Counted from the first letter of the whole stretch, positions 47,122 to 59,617 are shown. The stretch: DNA of 63,593 bases, filler included, from Licmophora abbreviata (GCA_900291995.1; 15 parts of 15 records of this genome joined end to end with filler, not necessarily neighbours in it), one strand, 5' to 3'. Translations and numbers: made by a program. The notes: generated by a model not told the origin, from the letters alone.

Positions 47122-50100
47122 CTAGCTAATTGCATTGTCCTCCAAGCGCGACCCCAACATATTGCGGCAATACTCTTCTTCCTTGGCGCTATCTCCGTTG
47201 AAGGCGTACCACTCCCAGAAAGGCACGTGCAACACGGTCCATCCAAGCTTTCGAAGCAAACGTTCCTTCAGACTCGTCGAGCCATTCTTCTGCTGTCGAT
47301 TGTCCCACTTGAATTGGAACTCAAGTTTGTTATTGGAAACTCTTGTGAATCCACTTGCTGGTTCCTGAGGAGACCATGTGTCCAGGACGCTAATGAAATG
47401 AGCCGGGCCGTCCACTTCAACGCCGATCTTATCGTCGACATTGGCAACGTCGATCGAGAGAATCTCCAGAGGCTGCGATGGAAGCTGCACTCCGTGATTC
47501 TGCACCAAGTCCTTCATGGTGATGACATGTTCTTGTACATGCTCGAATCCAACTCGGTTCAACGCAGTGCTCACGTCCTTCTGGATCTTGCTTGTGCTAA
47601 GTGTCAGCATCGACGACAGCATCTCAAGCATGTCTTCAATCTCGCCAGACTCGCCAACGAGATCCCATCCATCGGGGAAACCCTCGGGCAATATCAAGTC
47701 ATTCTCTGGGTATTCCAGATCCATGGCCAGTTGTACCTGAAAGGTATTAAATGATAAGATTGTAGCGATATTACGTGAGAACGAGACACCAGTCGATCTC
47801 GTGTAGAATGGAGGAACTTGCATGCACTTACATAGAGCAGCGACATGGTAGCTTGTCGCTGTAGCCCTCCATCACCGTAGACTTTTCGCAGATAGTCTGG
47901 GTCACACTCGTCATCACGTCCAACCAGCCCCGTATAGAGCAGCCTCAAGAAACTCGCATCGTAGTAGCCCTCGACAGCACAGCTCCAAGCTATGTTTGCC
48001 AGTTCTTGTCGCTTGAAATGTTTCGCAATCGTTTCGGCCCGTACGATACCTCCACGCGAGCACATCTTCGCCATGTACGGCGCGGCCACATGCAAGATAT
48101 CAGAAATGTCATGACCAAGACTGGCAGAAGCCCATATTATATTGGCAAGCTCCTGGCCTTTGAAAGCGGCTGCCCTACTCGTCGCAGAAAGACTAAAAGA
48201 TCGAAGGAGCTGCCAAAGTAAGAGGTACGATGCAGGACACACAGGACGACTGACCGGCCGTCTCAAACTTCCTCCCAAGCCACGTACCGGCGCACCACTT
48301 GACAGGAAAGAGCGTCAAAGAAAGGCCCGTGTCGCAACCCAAGTACTGCAAACGCCCAAATAGTGTTGCTCATGTCTTGCGCCTTTAGCTTGGACAGCCC
48401 GTCTGGACAAGGAGACACAAGGAGCAGCTTGGAATCAGTATCACACACGACAGTCTGCCGTTCCACAATCAAACACGCAATGCAACACGGAAACAGAACG
48501 TACCATGCTTGCGTAGGTCCGCGTCCGCGAAGGCATTGAAGAGTCGTCGTACAAGACTCTCGCCGACATCAACACAGATGGTAGAGTACACAGCAAGTCT
48601 GCCAGTTTTCTCTCGAGTGTAGCTTGCTATTCGCTCGGCCGCCTGTGTCGCTAGTTGAGCTTGCTTCGCGTAGCTCCAGGACAGGTTGCCGATGCCTTGA
48701 GGTGAAAATTCGTCAAGCCCGCGACCGATGTGGATTCTACCCTGGGGAACGGGTTCCGATTCAGAGCCCACGAGATGCTCCGCAATCGTTTTGAAGAGCC
48801 GTGGGTGACGCATTCCGACCTTCGAAAAACTCCACATCACATCCTTTATCTCCTGCGACTTGAACTGCTGCGGACGACGCATTAGCTCGTTGGAGGCTGC
48901 AGCAAAGCAGAGCGTCACTGGGTCATCAGACATATCGGCAAGAGAAGACCTCTTAGTCGGTGGAATCAGTGAGGTCTCGAACGCGTCGAGATACTTTGGG
49001 ATCACCCCCGCCGTCGCGAGCGCCCAAACTGAGTTGCTAAGTTCCTGGGGTTTGAACTGATTCGCACGATCAACAGTCAGCCGTGAAGCAATCATTCGAT
49101 AGACATCCTCGTCGAAGTACTCAACAGTCGCAAAAGCCCACAAGGTCGTGCCGATATCTTGCCCCGTAATCTGACGTCGCGGAAACCCGAACTGCCGCCC
49201 GATTCCCTTATACAATGCGGTTGATTCCTTTCGCTCTAACCTTGCAAAAGCCCATGCAATGTTATTAAGCTCCTGCGACCGAAATTTCGGTAGTTTAGGA
49301 ATGGCCGCTTGCGCCACTGCATCCAGGGCATTAGCCATAAGCTGCCTGTCACCTGCCATATCGTCCGTCCGCAGGAAAACATAGTTGTTCAGAACACTAG
49401 CGCTACTTTCGGATTCACTCATTCCAAAGCCCAGTGTTGCGAACGCCCAAGCTGTGTTACTCAATTCCTGCGACTTGAACTCGTCCGCGCGGACCGTAAT
49501 TGCGCGGGCAATATGGCGCAGTATTCTTAGGACGACCCGATCCTCTTTTTCAAGCTCTTCTGGAGAATAGCTGTGGCTGCCAGAACCACGCTTGAGCGAA
49601 ACAATCGTGGCAATACCCCATGCTGTATTGCTCAGCTCTTGCGCAATGAACTCTCCGACAAACTCCGGTCGCTTGTCGAGTATATCGGCCACATGTCGAA
49701 TAAGGTTCGATTCGCTCTCTCCGTGAATCTGCGCTGTCGCAAACGCCCAGACTGAGTTACTCAGCTCCTGTGGTTTAGGTTGTTGCTTAAAACCATCCTG
49801 CACAAGTTTGGAAGCAATGTGCTGAAACACACGTTCATCAGCACGTTGAGAGGTCGCAAAGGCCCACAGCAAGTTGGCCATCTCTTGGGTGTTAAACACT
49901 GTTTTTGATTTCAAAATGGACACGGCAATACTATCGAGAAGCTGTCCCGCCATCGTAGATAAGGCAGGAATCCAGTTCTTTTGTTGCTGCTGCGAATTAC
50001 GATTTCGGGCCGCCTCCAATACCAACTCGCGAACGCGACACGATGTTTGGACTAATTCTTCCAGCACAGTCTCCTCCAGATTTACGTCAAGAGTGCTCTT

Positions 50101-50865
50101 GGGTGGAGCCAAGCGTAGCTTTGCCAGTGCCCATGCTATGTTTGAACATTCACGAGAGTTGAATGCAATCGAAAGCTGTTTCTTTTTCGTCTCCGACGAT
50201 GGGTCTTGATACCCAACAAACGCTTCGCTGAGGGAACACAAAAACAGGGCAAATCGTGGATCTGATAGAGTTCTGGCGCGATCGTCGCGGGCATACTGCA
50301 AGTGCCGTGCGATTCGATGAACGGCAGTCGAAAAGTTGACTGAATTCAGTGTCTGCCCTCCCGCTGGCTTCGTCATGGCATCCGGTATGGAAGCAAGGAG
50401 CGCTAAGACGTCCAATGGCGTCTCACACGCAATCAGTTTCTTGTTGGTGGCAATAGCCACAGAAATATCGTTGTCCCTGCTGGGTCTTTTATTTAACTTT
50501 CGGGGTGGACCTTTCCGAGGTGCCGCATTGCGTTGTGGTGTTGTTGTGCGATCTGACGGCTCGCCGCCCTTGGCGACAAGCAGGGGTGAGCGGCAAGTGC
50601 TACGATTTTGAAAGAATTGCATCGGCTGCGTACGAGAGTCATGACGTCGACTGTCTTGCACGACATGAAATCGACTAAGCAAAGCCGAACCAGTGTTCAG
50701 ATATGCATTCGATCCGGGAAACAGGATAACGGCAATCCACACAAGCCATCGGGTGTCGAATAGTACTCGCATGGACTGTGTCGGTGAATCTTCTGTAGCT
50801 ATTTTTCCATAGGACCATTCCGATGAATTTCTTCGTCTTTTCTGTCTTTTTCTGGACTGGCTCAT
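47122..50865 (-). CDS. OPR/FAST-repeat + RAP domain organellar RNA-binding protein (4 exons)
   Basis: More than ten F.xQELSN..WAFA repeats; RAP domain SIDVA...GVEVDGPAHF...STSLKERLLRKLGWTVLHVPFWEW; GT-AG introns ~48503-48403, ~48287-48193 and ~47831-47737; signal peptide from Met at 50772 ending SNA-Y. Confidence 0.9.
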
Positions 50866-51421
50866 CTTGATGATTCTTTAGAGTAAAACTCAAATCCTGG
50901 GCATGTAAAGACGTCGGGAAAGGCTCAAGCACCGAAAGATACGGCAAAGTACCATCGTCGTCCCATCACACCCATCACATCACATGTTCAACTTTCACCG
51001 CGCGGTCTCGCTGATGACGTCAAGATCTGATGGCGGGCAGAGATCCATGCGTACGTACGTCGCTCGATATTGATTTCTGGCGAGGGACTGGAGTGACTCG
51101 ACTCACTCGACTCATCCTCCCTATCTCGCTAGTAGGTCCTGAGTAGGAACTAAGCTTTTCAAACGCAATGCCTGTCGACCCTATGAGCCTATTTCGATAG
51201 CACCATCTGACTGTTGTACAAGAATAAGCTCTATTAGGTGTAAACTCGAGTCTCCAAGGTGCAGAAAGGCATACTGATTTGATTCCCTGGAGAGCGGCAC
51301 CATTCTGTCGTTGTGTTGCTTTGGAGCTTATTCCAGACATGCAATGCCGGGTGGTGACACCCGAAACGCTGATTTCTTCGTGTCTTTGATGCTTTCTGGG
51401 TGCGCTGTGTCTGAAACCTTA

Positions 51422-54400
51422 CTAATGGAACATTCTATTCTGTCGATCTCGAATCTGATCGTGTAATTGGTGATTCTCGCCCTGAAGCGACAGGATTGTG
51501 GCTAAAAGTTCCCCTTTCATCTTTCGAAATTCCTTTGTCAATCTCTCCTTTTCCCGGCGAGCTTCACTCGCCTCTGCCCTCAAGTTTTCGGTGTTCTTGG
51601 CCGATGCAGACTTCTTACCCTTCACACGAGCCAGCTCTGCCTTGACCTTCTCGTGTTGCACAAGAGAAATCGATTCATTCTGAGCCAACTCAAATTCTTT
51701 CTGCAGAAGGTTATATTTCTCAGACAAGGCAGTGAGTTCGCGCTTGAGGTTGTTCTCTGACGCTCGAGGCTTTCTGCCCATTGGAGCCTCGTTCTCCAAG
51801 CGCTCATTAATGTCTAGGAGTTCTTCGTTGATCAATTGGGCCGCCACTACTTCAGCCTCAGTCTCGGAGAGTCTCGTCAGAGCTCTTCGACCCTCTTCTG
51901 AAGCGCCTCGATCTCTTTCCCAGCTTCGAGCACAAGCGCCTCTTGCTCCTCGGCGACCTGGCGCTGAAGATCGGTCTCGAACTTCTTCCTTCGCTCTGTT
52001 TCCTCCTCAAGCCGAGTCTCCAGATTGATTTGTTCTTCCATAACTGATAGAAGCTCCGACATTTGGTTCTTACCCTCAGTAATCTTGTTCTCGAGAGCAG
52101 CTTCGTTTTGCGAAGCCAAGCGGATCTCGTTCTCAAGTTCCGACAGGCGGCAGAGGGAGTCTTCGAGACTCTTTGTCGTCTTCTGGAGCTCGGCCGACAA
52201 CGCTCGCGATCCGTCTCGGGCTTGAGTGGCTTCCTTTTCTCCGCCGGTCAAGGCTTGTTTGACGGCAAAATTATCGATTTGGAGCACAAGAAGCTGCGAC
52301 GCCAGATTTTCCGCCTCCTCACTCCTCGTAGCTTCGAGCTGCGCCTTGCTCTGTCCAAGTCTTGAGATCTGCGCAGCTAAGGCGTCGCGGGCTTCCAGAA
52401 GTGCTTCTTTTTCTTTAGAAAGAATCTGATTCTCTTTATTGGAGGCATTCAGGCGTGCCTCCATGCTCTCCGCTGATTTTGAAGTCAGAGCAAGCTGCTT
52501 CGATAAGCGACGCTTCTCCGTTTCCAGTTCATCGAGCCGACCCTCTGCGTTCTTGAATTCTTTCGTTGCAAGAGAAAGTGATTCCTTGAGGGAGACTTGC
52601 GAAGAGACGGCTTCATCGCGTTCCTTAGTCAACGAATCCAATTTCGAGTTCTGGTCCTTGAGCTGTCCAATAAGAGACTGTTTTCCTACCGAAAGTTTTC
52701 GCACTCTCGTTTCCAGCTTGGTGACGTGGTCTTGAAGTGTTGTCGACGTCCCGTCGAACGAGGGGGATTGACTTGTAGAAGATGAATGGTTCTCGCCCAT
52801 AGAACGCTGCTCAAGTTGCGAAGTGAGGCTCTCAGTGAAATGACAGGACATGTCCGCGATGCGGGATTTCATCTTGGTCTCTCGAGCCCTCTTATTGACA
52901 AAGTAATCCAATGTCCCATAAGCCCAAAGAGAGAAATCAAACTCACGCATGACCATTTGTCCTGAAGGAAACACAAACTGACGTTTGACTCCTTCGTACA
53001 AAGCCGTTTCCTTCATACGTCCAAGCCGTGAAAATGCCCACACAAGATCAGTGAGTTCCTCAGATTGAAAGTGAGAAAGCCTTGGAATGGCCGTCTTCTC
53101 CAATGCCTCAAACGCGTTGACCATAAGTTGCTTGTCGCCTGCAATGTCATCCGTCTGTAGGTCCATGATGGAGCTGTGCAGCACAGCGCTGAGCTCCGAT
53201 TCTTCCAGTCCAAACCCAAGGGTCGCAAAGGCAAACGCTGTCCTGCTTAACTCTTGCGTGCTGAACTCGTCGGCATGCGCCACAGTTGCGCGAGCGACAC
53301 GCCGCAACAATCGCACAATGACCTGATCCTCGTCGGTGACGTCTTGGGCGCTCAGAGAGCGCCTCTTGTGCGAGACGATATTGGCAATGCTCCAGACCGT
53401 ATCGCTGAGCTCTTCGGCATCAAAATCGTCCATCATTTCTGGTCGATTGTCCAACAAGTCGGCCACGTGTCGGATCAGGTCCGATTCGCCTTCACCGTGA
53501 ACCTTCGCTTCCACAAAAGGACTTAGGGAAGCAGTTATATCGTGGGGTCTCAGGGCTTGCTGATGTAAGTCATTTTGTACAAACTGAGAGACCGCGTGAT
53601 CAAACACACGGGCATCGGCTCGTTGGGAGGTCGCAAGTGCCGACAACAAGTCGATCGTCTCTTGGGTGTTGAACGAAGTCTTGGCACTCCGCGNNNNNNN
53701 NNNNNNNNNNNNNNNNNNNNNNNNNNNNNNNNNNNNNTTAATTAATTAANNNNNNNNNNNNNNNNNNNNNNNNNNNNNNNNNNNNNNNNNNNNCTAGTAC
53801 TCTAGCCGCCACCAGCGACAACACTGGAATCCATCGCTTTGACTGATGCTGTCCCTCCATACGACTGCGTGCCACCTCCATCACGAGTTCGCGGACGCAA
53901 CCCGTTGCATGGACGAGCTGCTGCGTCGCAGTCTCCTCCAGATTGACTCCCAGCGTACTCTTGGGTGGCGCCAGGTGTAAGTGGGCTAGGGACTGTGCAA
54001 TCTTTACAAGGTCGCGTGAGGTAAACTGTAAGGACAATGAGCTCGAAGACGGAGAGTCCTCAGTTCCGTCGTACCCGACCAATGCTTCGCCGAGAGCGCA
54101 GAGGAACATGGCAAAGCGCGGATCCGATAGGGTTCTGGCGCGGTCCTTGCGGGAGTCCTCGAGATGGTGAGCAATCTTGTGGAGGGCAGCGGAGAATTGG
54201 GTCGAATTTAGTTTCTGTCCTCCAGCCGGTTGCGTCATTGCGCCAGCTATCGAAGCAAGTACTGCCAAGACATTCGAGGAAGTTTCGCACGCGATCAGCC
54301 TCTCGTCGATCGTTTTGTCGATGCTGACAGCGGCAGTGGAGTTTTGGACGGTCGTGTCGGACTTGAGGGGAGGCGCCGTCAGTGTCGGTTTCTGGAGATC

Positions 54401-54823
54401 AGGTTTGACAGTATCGGCGTGAAACAAAGACGAACGCGACGAATGATCTCGAAAGAGCTGTTGCCTCGTCGTCTTACGCGGGCTGGTGTGCACGCGACTG
54501 GATGGAATCCGCAGAAGAAGATGATTCATGTATCCATTCGACTTGGGAAGCAACAAGGCTGCGGACAAAAGAATTAGCATGGCAGAGACCGGAGACGCTC
54601 GTCTACCAAGACCAGTTTCGAACCGCAATTCGGAACGTAGTTTGGGGCCTCTCGGCTCATCGCGATGGCGCCCTTTCATTATCGTTTTCTCGATTCTGCG
54701 TTTACAAGGAGGCTTCCTGCCAAAGGGGTTGCAGAGGCAGCAGCTGGATAGGCTCGAGGTACGATACGAACCACAAGTCTTCTCAGACGATCCTTCAACA
54801 ACATCAACACCCTTTTTGTCCAT
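51422..54823 (-). CDS. Paralog 2: truncated OPR-repeat region fused to a long coiled coil, no RAP (gap 53694-53793, frameshift ~51880)
   Basis: N-terminus clearly homologous to the RAP gene (IACETS..VLA.LAS...PAGGQKL...RARTLSDPRFA.FLC); C-terminus homologous to paralog 3. Confidence 0.82.
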
Positions 54824-55325
54824 GTTTTTCGAAATCCAACAACGTGTTCTCTCACAAAGTGAACTTCGTCACTCGCAGCAACATTCCGAATTCTCAAATA
54901 ACACCAGCGTGGCATTGTCGATGCGCCATAAGTAAATATTTCTCATGAGCTTGCACGCGCGCGAGGCGAGTGAGCACATTGAACATTGCATCATGGCGCG
55001 ACCGACCGAGAGGAAGGAAGATACTCCTCGCTTTGCCGTAGCTTAGCCGGTACACCGGGTATGCTACATATCTTAAGTGTGATTGTACTTGCTACACAAC
55101 CAACTAGTATTGTTACACTCAATGGACTGGCGTAGGCGGTATACTGCTGACAAAGAAATGGACGGTGATCATTTGGTTCGACATGACATGACATGATATA
55201 TTCGTCCGACAGTAGAAGTGTTCTGGTTACTGTCATTCACTGTGGTTGTACGATGGCACTAAGCTCGTCGTTGATGTTGGTCTTCCCCCAGAACCCCCCA
55301 GGTGGGCAGTGATAAGCTGCGACTG

Positions 55326-58300
55326 CTAGCTCAATCCCCCATATCGTTGAATTCGAATCTGGTGGTGCAACTCATGATTCTCGTTCTGAAGAGCCGCAAT
55401 TGTGGCCGACAACTCTTGTTTCATCCTCATGACGTCCGCGGTCGACTTTTCCTTTTCGACCTGAGCTTGGTTTAACTGAGCCCTAAGATTCTCCCCTTGT
55501 TGTGCCGCTGCGAAGTTTGCTGCCCGGACACGACCCAGCTCCGCCTTCATCCCCTCGATTTCTCGCTGGTGCTCGCCGTGAGAAATGGATGCTTCCCGAA
55601 AGGACTCCACTTCCGCCTGCAGCTCACTTTTCTTTTCGGAAAGGGACGTGATTTTGCCTCTCAGCGCATCTTGCGATTCTCGAGCTACTTTGGCCTTTAG
55701 TTCCTTGGCTTTTAAGCGCCAGTTCTGATCCTGAAGCTCTTCATTTTCTTGCTGCGCAGCTGCCGCTTCTACCTGTATTTCAGAAAGGGACGCCTGTAGC
55801 TGTTCGACCTTGCTTCGAAGAGATTTTATCTCAGTCGAGGCTTTGGCCCGTTCCTTGTCAGTCTTGCGTCGAAGCTGGGATTCTGAAAGCTCCCGCCGAT
55901 CAACATCCTCCTGCATGCGAGCTGCAACACGGAGTGTCTGTTCCTGCAAGTCGTCCAGCTCTGACTCAAGCTTTTCTTTCTCGTTGGCAGTTCGTATGGA
56001 TAGTTCGCGGAGCTTCTTTTCCAGTTTCGAGCGGTGACTTACGGAGTCTTGCAGAGCCTTCGTTGTTTGCTGGAGCTCTTTTGACGAAGCCTGAACATCA
56101 TCCTGAAGTTGTGTCATGTTCTTGTTGGCGTCTGCCAGCAGGTTGTTTGTTTTACGTAGCTCATGCTCAAGTTCTGCCTGGCGACGAGCCGAGTCTTGAA
56201 GACGCGTCGTCTTCTTTCGGATGGTCTCCGATGATGACTGAGCTTCAGCTTGAAACTGTGATGCTTCCCTCTGGGCGTCCTTTACAAGTTGTTTCATCTT
56301 GCGGAGATCATTCTCGAGGTCTGACTGCCGCCGAGCCGCCTCCGCAAGACTACTTCTCTGCTCCTGCAGTTCATCCGTCGCTGCCTGTGCTTCGATCTGG
56401 GCTTCTGCAACTTCCGCTTTCCCTTCAGCCAAAATTTTCCTCAGTTCATAGCTCTCATACTCAAGAGTCATTAGCTTGACCTTCAGCTCTTTATCGGCCT
56501 CGCCCTTACTCATTGACGAGAGCCGCTCTTGGTCTTGTCGGAGTTTTGAGACCTGTGCATCCAGCGCGTCACGAGCCTTGAGAAGCGAATCCTTTTCCGT
56601 CGCGAGAGCCTGAGTCTGACGCGTCGCCTCCTCTAAGCGTGTTTCGAGATCCTCCGTTGATGCGGAAAGCATATCTAGCTTCGCCGACATTTCGCGCTTT
56701 TCAGACTCCACTTCCTCAAGTTGTCCACGGACGCTTTCTAAATCGTCCATCGTTGAATCGAGTTTTTCTGTCAAGAAAGCCTGCGAAGCAACCGCTTCGT
56801 CGCGTTCCCTCACCAACGAAGCAAGCGTCAAATCCTGGTCCTCGGACTGATCAGTCTGTGCCTGTTTTTCGAGAAGTACTTTTTCAATTCTCGCTTCCAG
56901 CTCTGCGACACGGTCTTCGAGCTTACTCTTACTCGCTTCAAGAAAAGCAGCCCGATCGGTGACTTCAATTTTTTCAGAGGAGAGTTGCTCCAATTGGAGA
57001 ATACTGGCGTCAAGCCGACACTGCATGGCGCTAAGGGCTTTCCATTCTTCCTTGTAGGGACTATGAGCCTGAGAGGCAGCCTCATAATATTGATGACGCT
57101 GTTCGGGAATCTCAGCCGTGTCATTTTCCATTTCAAGGCTCATGTTGTTTACTACCGACTCAGTCTCGTCGGTCGCACTTTCCTCGTACATCTGACTTGC
57201 AATTCTATCTGCTGCTTTGCTGGCAAGTTGAGCTTGTCTCTCATAGCTCCAAGACAAGTCTTCGATGCCTTGTACGTCATGCCCCATCTCATCCGTTGGT
57301 ACAAGTACCGATTCAGGTCCAACCATGTACTCAGCGATTGTCTCAAACAAACGAGGATGCCGAACACCGACCTTGGAAAAGCTCCATAGTACATCATTGA
57401 TATCCTGCAACATGAACTGCTGCGGATGCTTCATCAGCTCGTCGGCGGCTGCGCCAAAACAAAGAGTGATGGGATCATCGGAAGTGTCGGGTCGCGTGAC
57501 TCTGGTCTTCGACGAAAGTAACGAAGTTTCAAATGCGTCCAAATACTTGGGAGTTACCCCCGCCGTTGCCAAGCCCCAAACTACGTCGATGAGGGCCTTA
57601 GGCTCAAGCTCGTTTGCGTGCTCGATGGTCAACTGAGAAGCGATGGTCCGGTAGACGTCTTCGTCGAAGTATTCCAAGCTTGCAAAAGCCGACAAGGTAG
57701 TTAGGACATCTTGTCCAGAAACCTTGCGCCGTGGAAGACCAAATTGACTTCCGATAGCTTCGTACAACTCTGTGGACGATTTCCGCTCTAGATGTGCGAA
57801 CGCCCACGCCAGATTTCCAAGCTCTTCCGAGCGAAACTCAGGTAGTCTCGGAAGCGCCGACTCTGCTACGGCATGTAGCGCATTCGCCATTAGCTCATGC
57901 TCATCTGCTGATTCGTCGGTCTGTAGAACGGCATTGTCACTCCCCGTAGATTTATCACTGTTCTGGGATTTACGCATCCCAAAGCCCAACGTTGCAAAGG
58001 CCCAGACAGTGTTAGCCAGCTCCTGCGATTTGAACTCGTCTGCTCGAGCTGCAAGGGAGCGGGAGATATGCCGCAGTGTCCGCCGAACAACCCTATCTTC
58101 TTCTTCCAGCGCCCCCGGACTATAGTGGCCGATACCGGAGGCCCGTTTGTCGGAGATGATTGTGGCTATTCCCCATGCTGTATCGCTCAATTCCTGTGCA
58201 TTGAAGTCATCCACCATCGCCGGCCGCTCGTCCAGTAAATCAGCAACGCAACGAATCAGATTCGATTCGCCCTCTCCATGAATCTGAGCCGCGGCAAATG

Positions 58301-59411
58301 CCCATATAGAATTGCTCAGCTCCTGGGGTTTCAACTGATGCTGTAGGTCGTCCTGTACCAATGCAGCTGCGATGTGGTCAAACACTCGTTTGTCAGAACG
58401 GTGCGTCGTCGCAAATGCCCGAAGCAAGTTCGACATTTCCTGCGCATTGAAAACAGTTTTGAATTTCAAAGTAGACAGTGCAATAATATCCAGCAACTTT
58501 CCTGCCACCAACGACAATGCGGGGATCCAGTGCTTTTGATGCGGTTGTTCTCCGTTCCGATTACGTGCTGCTTCGAGTACAGACGTGCGTACTTCAAACG
58601 ACGATTGAACCAGTTCGTCCATCACACTGTCCTTCAGATTGACGTCAAGAGTGCTCCTGGGTGGAGCCAAGCGTAGTTTTGCCAATGCCCAAGCTACCTT
58701 TGAGCACTCAAGTGAGCTGAAAAGAATCGAAAGTTTGTTTGCTGACGACTCTTCGTCTACGTCCTGGTACCCGACCATGGCTTCGCTGAGCGAACACAAG
58801 AGGAGGGCGAACCGTGGATCCGACAGTGTCATGGCGCGATTGTCACGGGAGTACTGTAAGTGCCGCGCGATTCGGTGTATGGCAGTGGAGAAATCAGACG
58901 AATCCAGTTTCCGTCCTCCCGCAGGTCTCGTCATGACGCCCGGAATAGAAGCGAGGAGTGTCAATACGTCTGAGGAAGTTTCACATTCAATCAGTTTTTT
59001 GTGATTGTCGGATATCACAATAGCACGATCTTCGATATTGAGGTTGCGCAGCTTTTCGTGTCTTTTCGGAGATGAGACTCCATGGGATTCTGAGCTTTGG
59101 GTAGGTTTCGAAGCCTGGTCAGTTCTCCCGCCTTTTGCGAGCAACTGTGTTGAAGACTGCTGGTGATGCCTAGCCTTGTCGAGCAGAACCTCATGACGCC
59201 ATCTGACAGGGGCCAGGAAATTGTTTGAAAAGGCGTTCGACGTAGGTAGCAACAGAGACACCAGGAAAAGCAGCCAGCCAATATCCAGGTGAATTCTGCA
59301 ACAGGGTGCCGCCTCAACAGCCAATGCCGAATCTTGTAGGTTGTATCCTTCCTTTGGAAGGCATACGGGCGCTCTCCCTCTCCTTCGCATACCAGCGTCT
59401 CGCCGCTTCAT
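55326..59411 (-). CDS. Paralog 3: OPR-repeat region fused to a ~570-aa coiled coil, no RAP, single 1361-aa ORF
   Basis: Colinear with exon 1 of the RAP gene up to LSWSY..QAQLA..AA.RIAS, then a heptad-rich tail; signal peptide ending SNA-F. Confidence 0.88.
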   Translation of the reverse strand: MKRRDAGMRRRGRAPVCLPKEGYNLQDSALAVEAAPCCRIHLDIGWLLFLVSLLLPTSNAFSNNFLAPVRWRHEVLLDKARHHQQSSTQLLAKGGRTDQASKPTQSSESHGVSSPKRHEKLRNLNIEDRAIVISDNHKKLIECETSSDVLTLLASIPGVMTRPAGGRKLDSSDFSTAIHRIARHLQYSRDNRAMTLSDPRFALLLCSLSEAMVGYQDVDEESSANKLSILFSSLECSKVAWALAKLRLAPPRSTLDVNLKDSVMDELVQSSFEVRTSVLEAARNRNGEQPHQKHWIPALSLVAGKLLDIIALSTLKFKTVFNAQEMSNLLRAFATTHRSDKRVFDHIAAALVQDDLQHQLKPQELSNSIWAFAAAQIHGEGESNLIRCVADLLDERPAMVDDFNAQELSDTAWGIATIISDKRASGIGHYSPGALEEEDRVVRRTLRHISRSLAARADEFKSQELANTVWAFATLGFGMRKSQNSDKSTGSDNAVLQTDESADEHELMANALHAVAESALPRLPEFRSEELGNLAWAFAHLERKSSTELYEAIGSQFGLPRRKVSGQDVLTTLSAFASLEYFDEDVYRTIASQLTIEHANELEPKALIDVVWGLATAGVTPKYLDAFETSLLSSKTRVTRPDTSDDPITLCFGAAADELMKHPQQFMLQDINDVLWSFSKVGVRHPRLFETIAEYMVGPESVLVPTDEMGHDVQGIEDLSWSYERQAQLASKAADRIASQMYEESATDETESVVNNMSLEMENDTAEIPEQRHQYYEAASQAHSPYKEEWKALSAMQCRLDASILQLEQLSSEKIEVTDRAAFLEASKSKLEDRVAELEARIEKVLLEKQAQTDQSEDQDLTLASLVRERDEAVASQAFLTEKLDSTMDDLESVRGQLEEVESEKREMSAKLDMLSASTEDLETRLEEATRQTQALATEKDSLLKARDALDAQVSKLRQDQERLSSMSKGEADKELKVKLMTLEYESYELRKILAEGKAEVAEAQIEAQAATDELQEQRSSLAEAARRQSDLENDLRKMKQLVKDAQREASQFQAEAQSSSETIRKKTTRLQDSARRQAELEHELRKTNNLLADANKNMTQLQDDVQASSKELQQTTKALQDSVSHRSKLEKKLRELSIRTANEKEKLESELDDLQEQTLRVAARMQEDVDRRELSESQLRRKTDKERAKASTEIKSLRSKVEQLQASLSEIQVEAAAAQQENEELQDQNWRLKAKELKAKVARESQDALRGKITSLSEKKSELQAEVESFREASISHGEHQREIEGMKAELGRVRAANFAAAQQGENLRAQLNQAQVEKEKSTADVMRMKQELSATIAALQNENHELHHQIRIQRYGGLS

Positions 59412-59617
59412 TCGTAAATTGAAATCTTGCCGTAAAGACTGCTAAGTGATGTTGAACGACTCGTTCCGTTCAACACGAAACCATGGTCAATCTTCAATTT
59501 TCTAAATTTTGGTAGCANNNNNNNNNNNNNNNNNNNNNNNNNNNNNNNNNNNNNNNNNNNNTTAATTAATTAANNNNNNNNNNNNNNNNNNNNNNNNNNN
59601 NNNNNNNNNNNNNNNNN

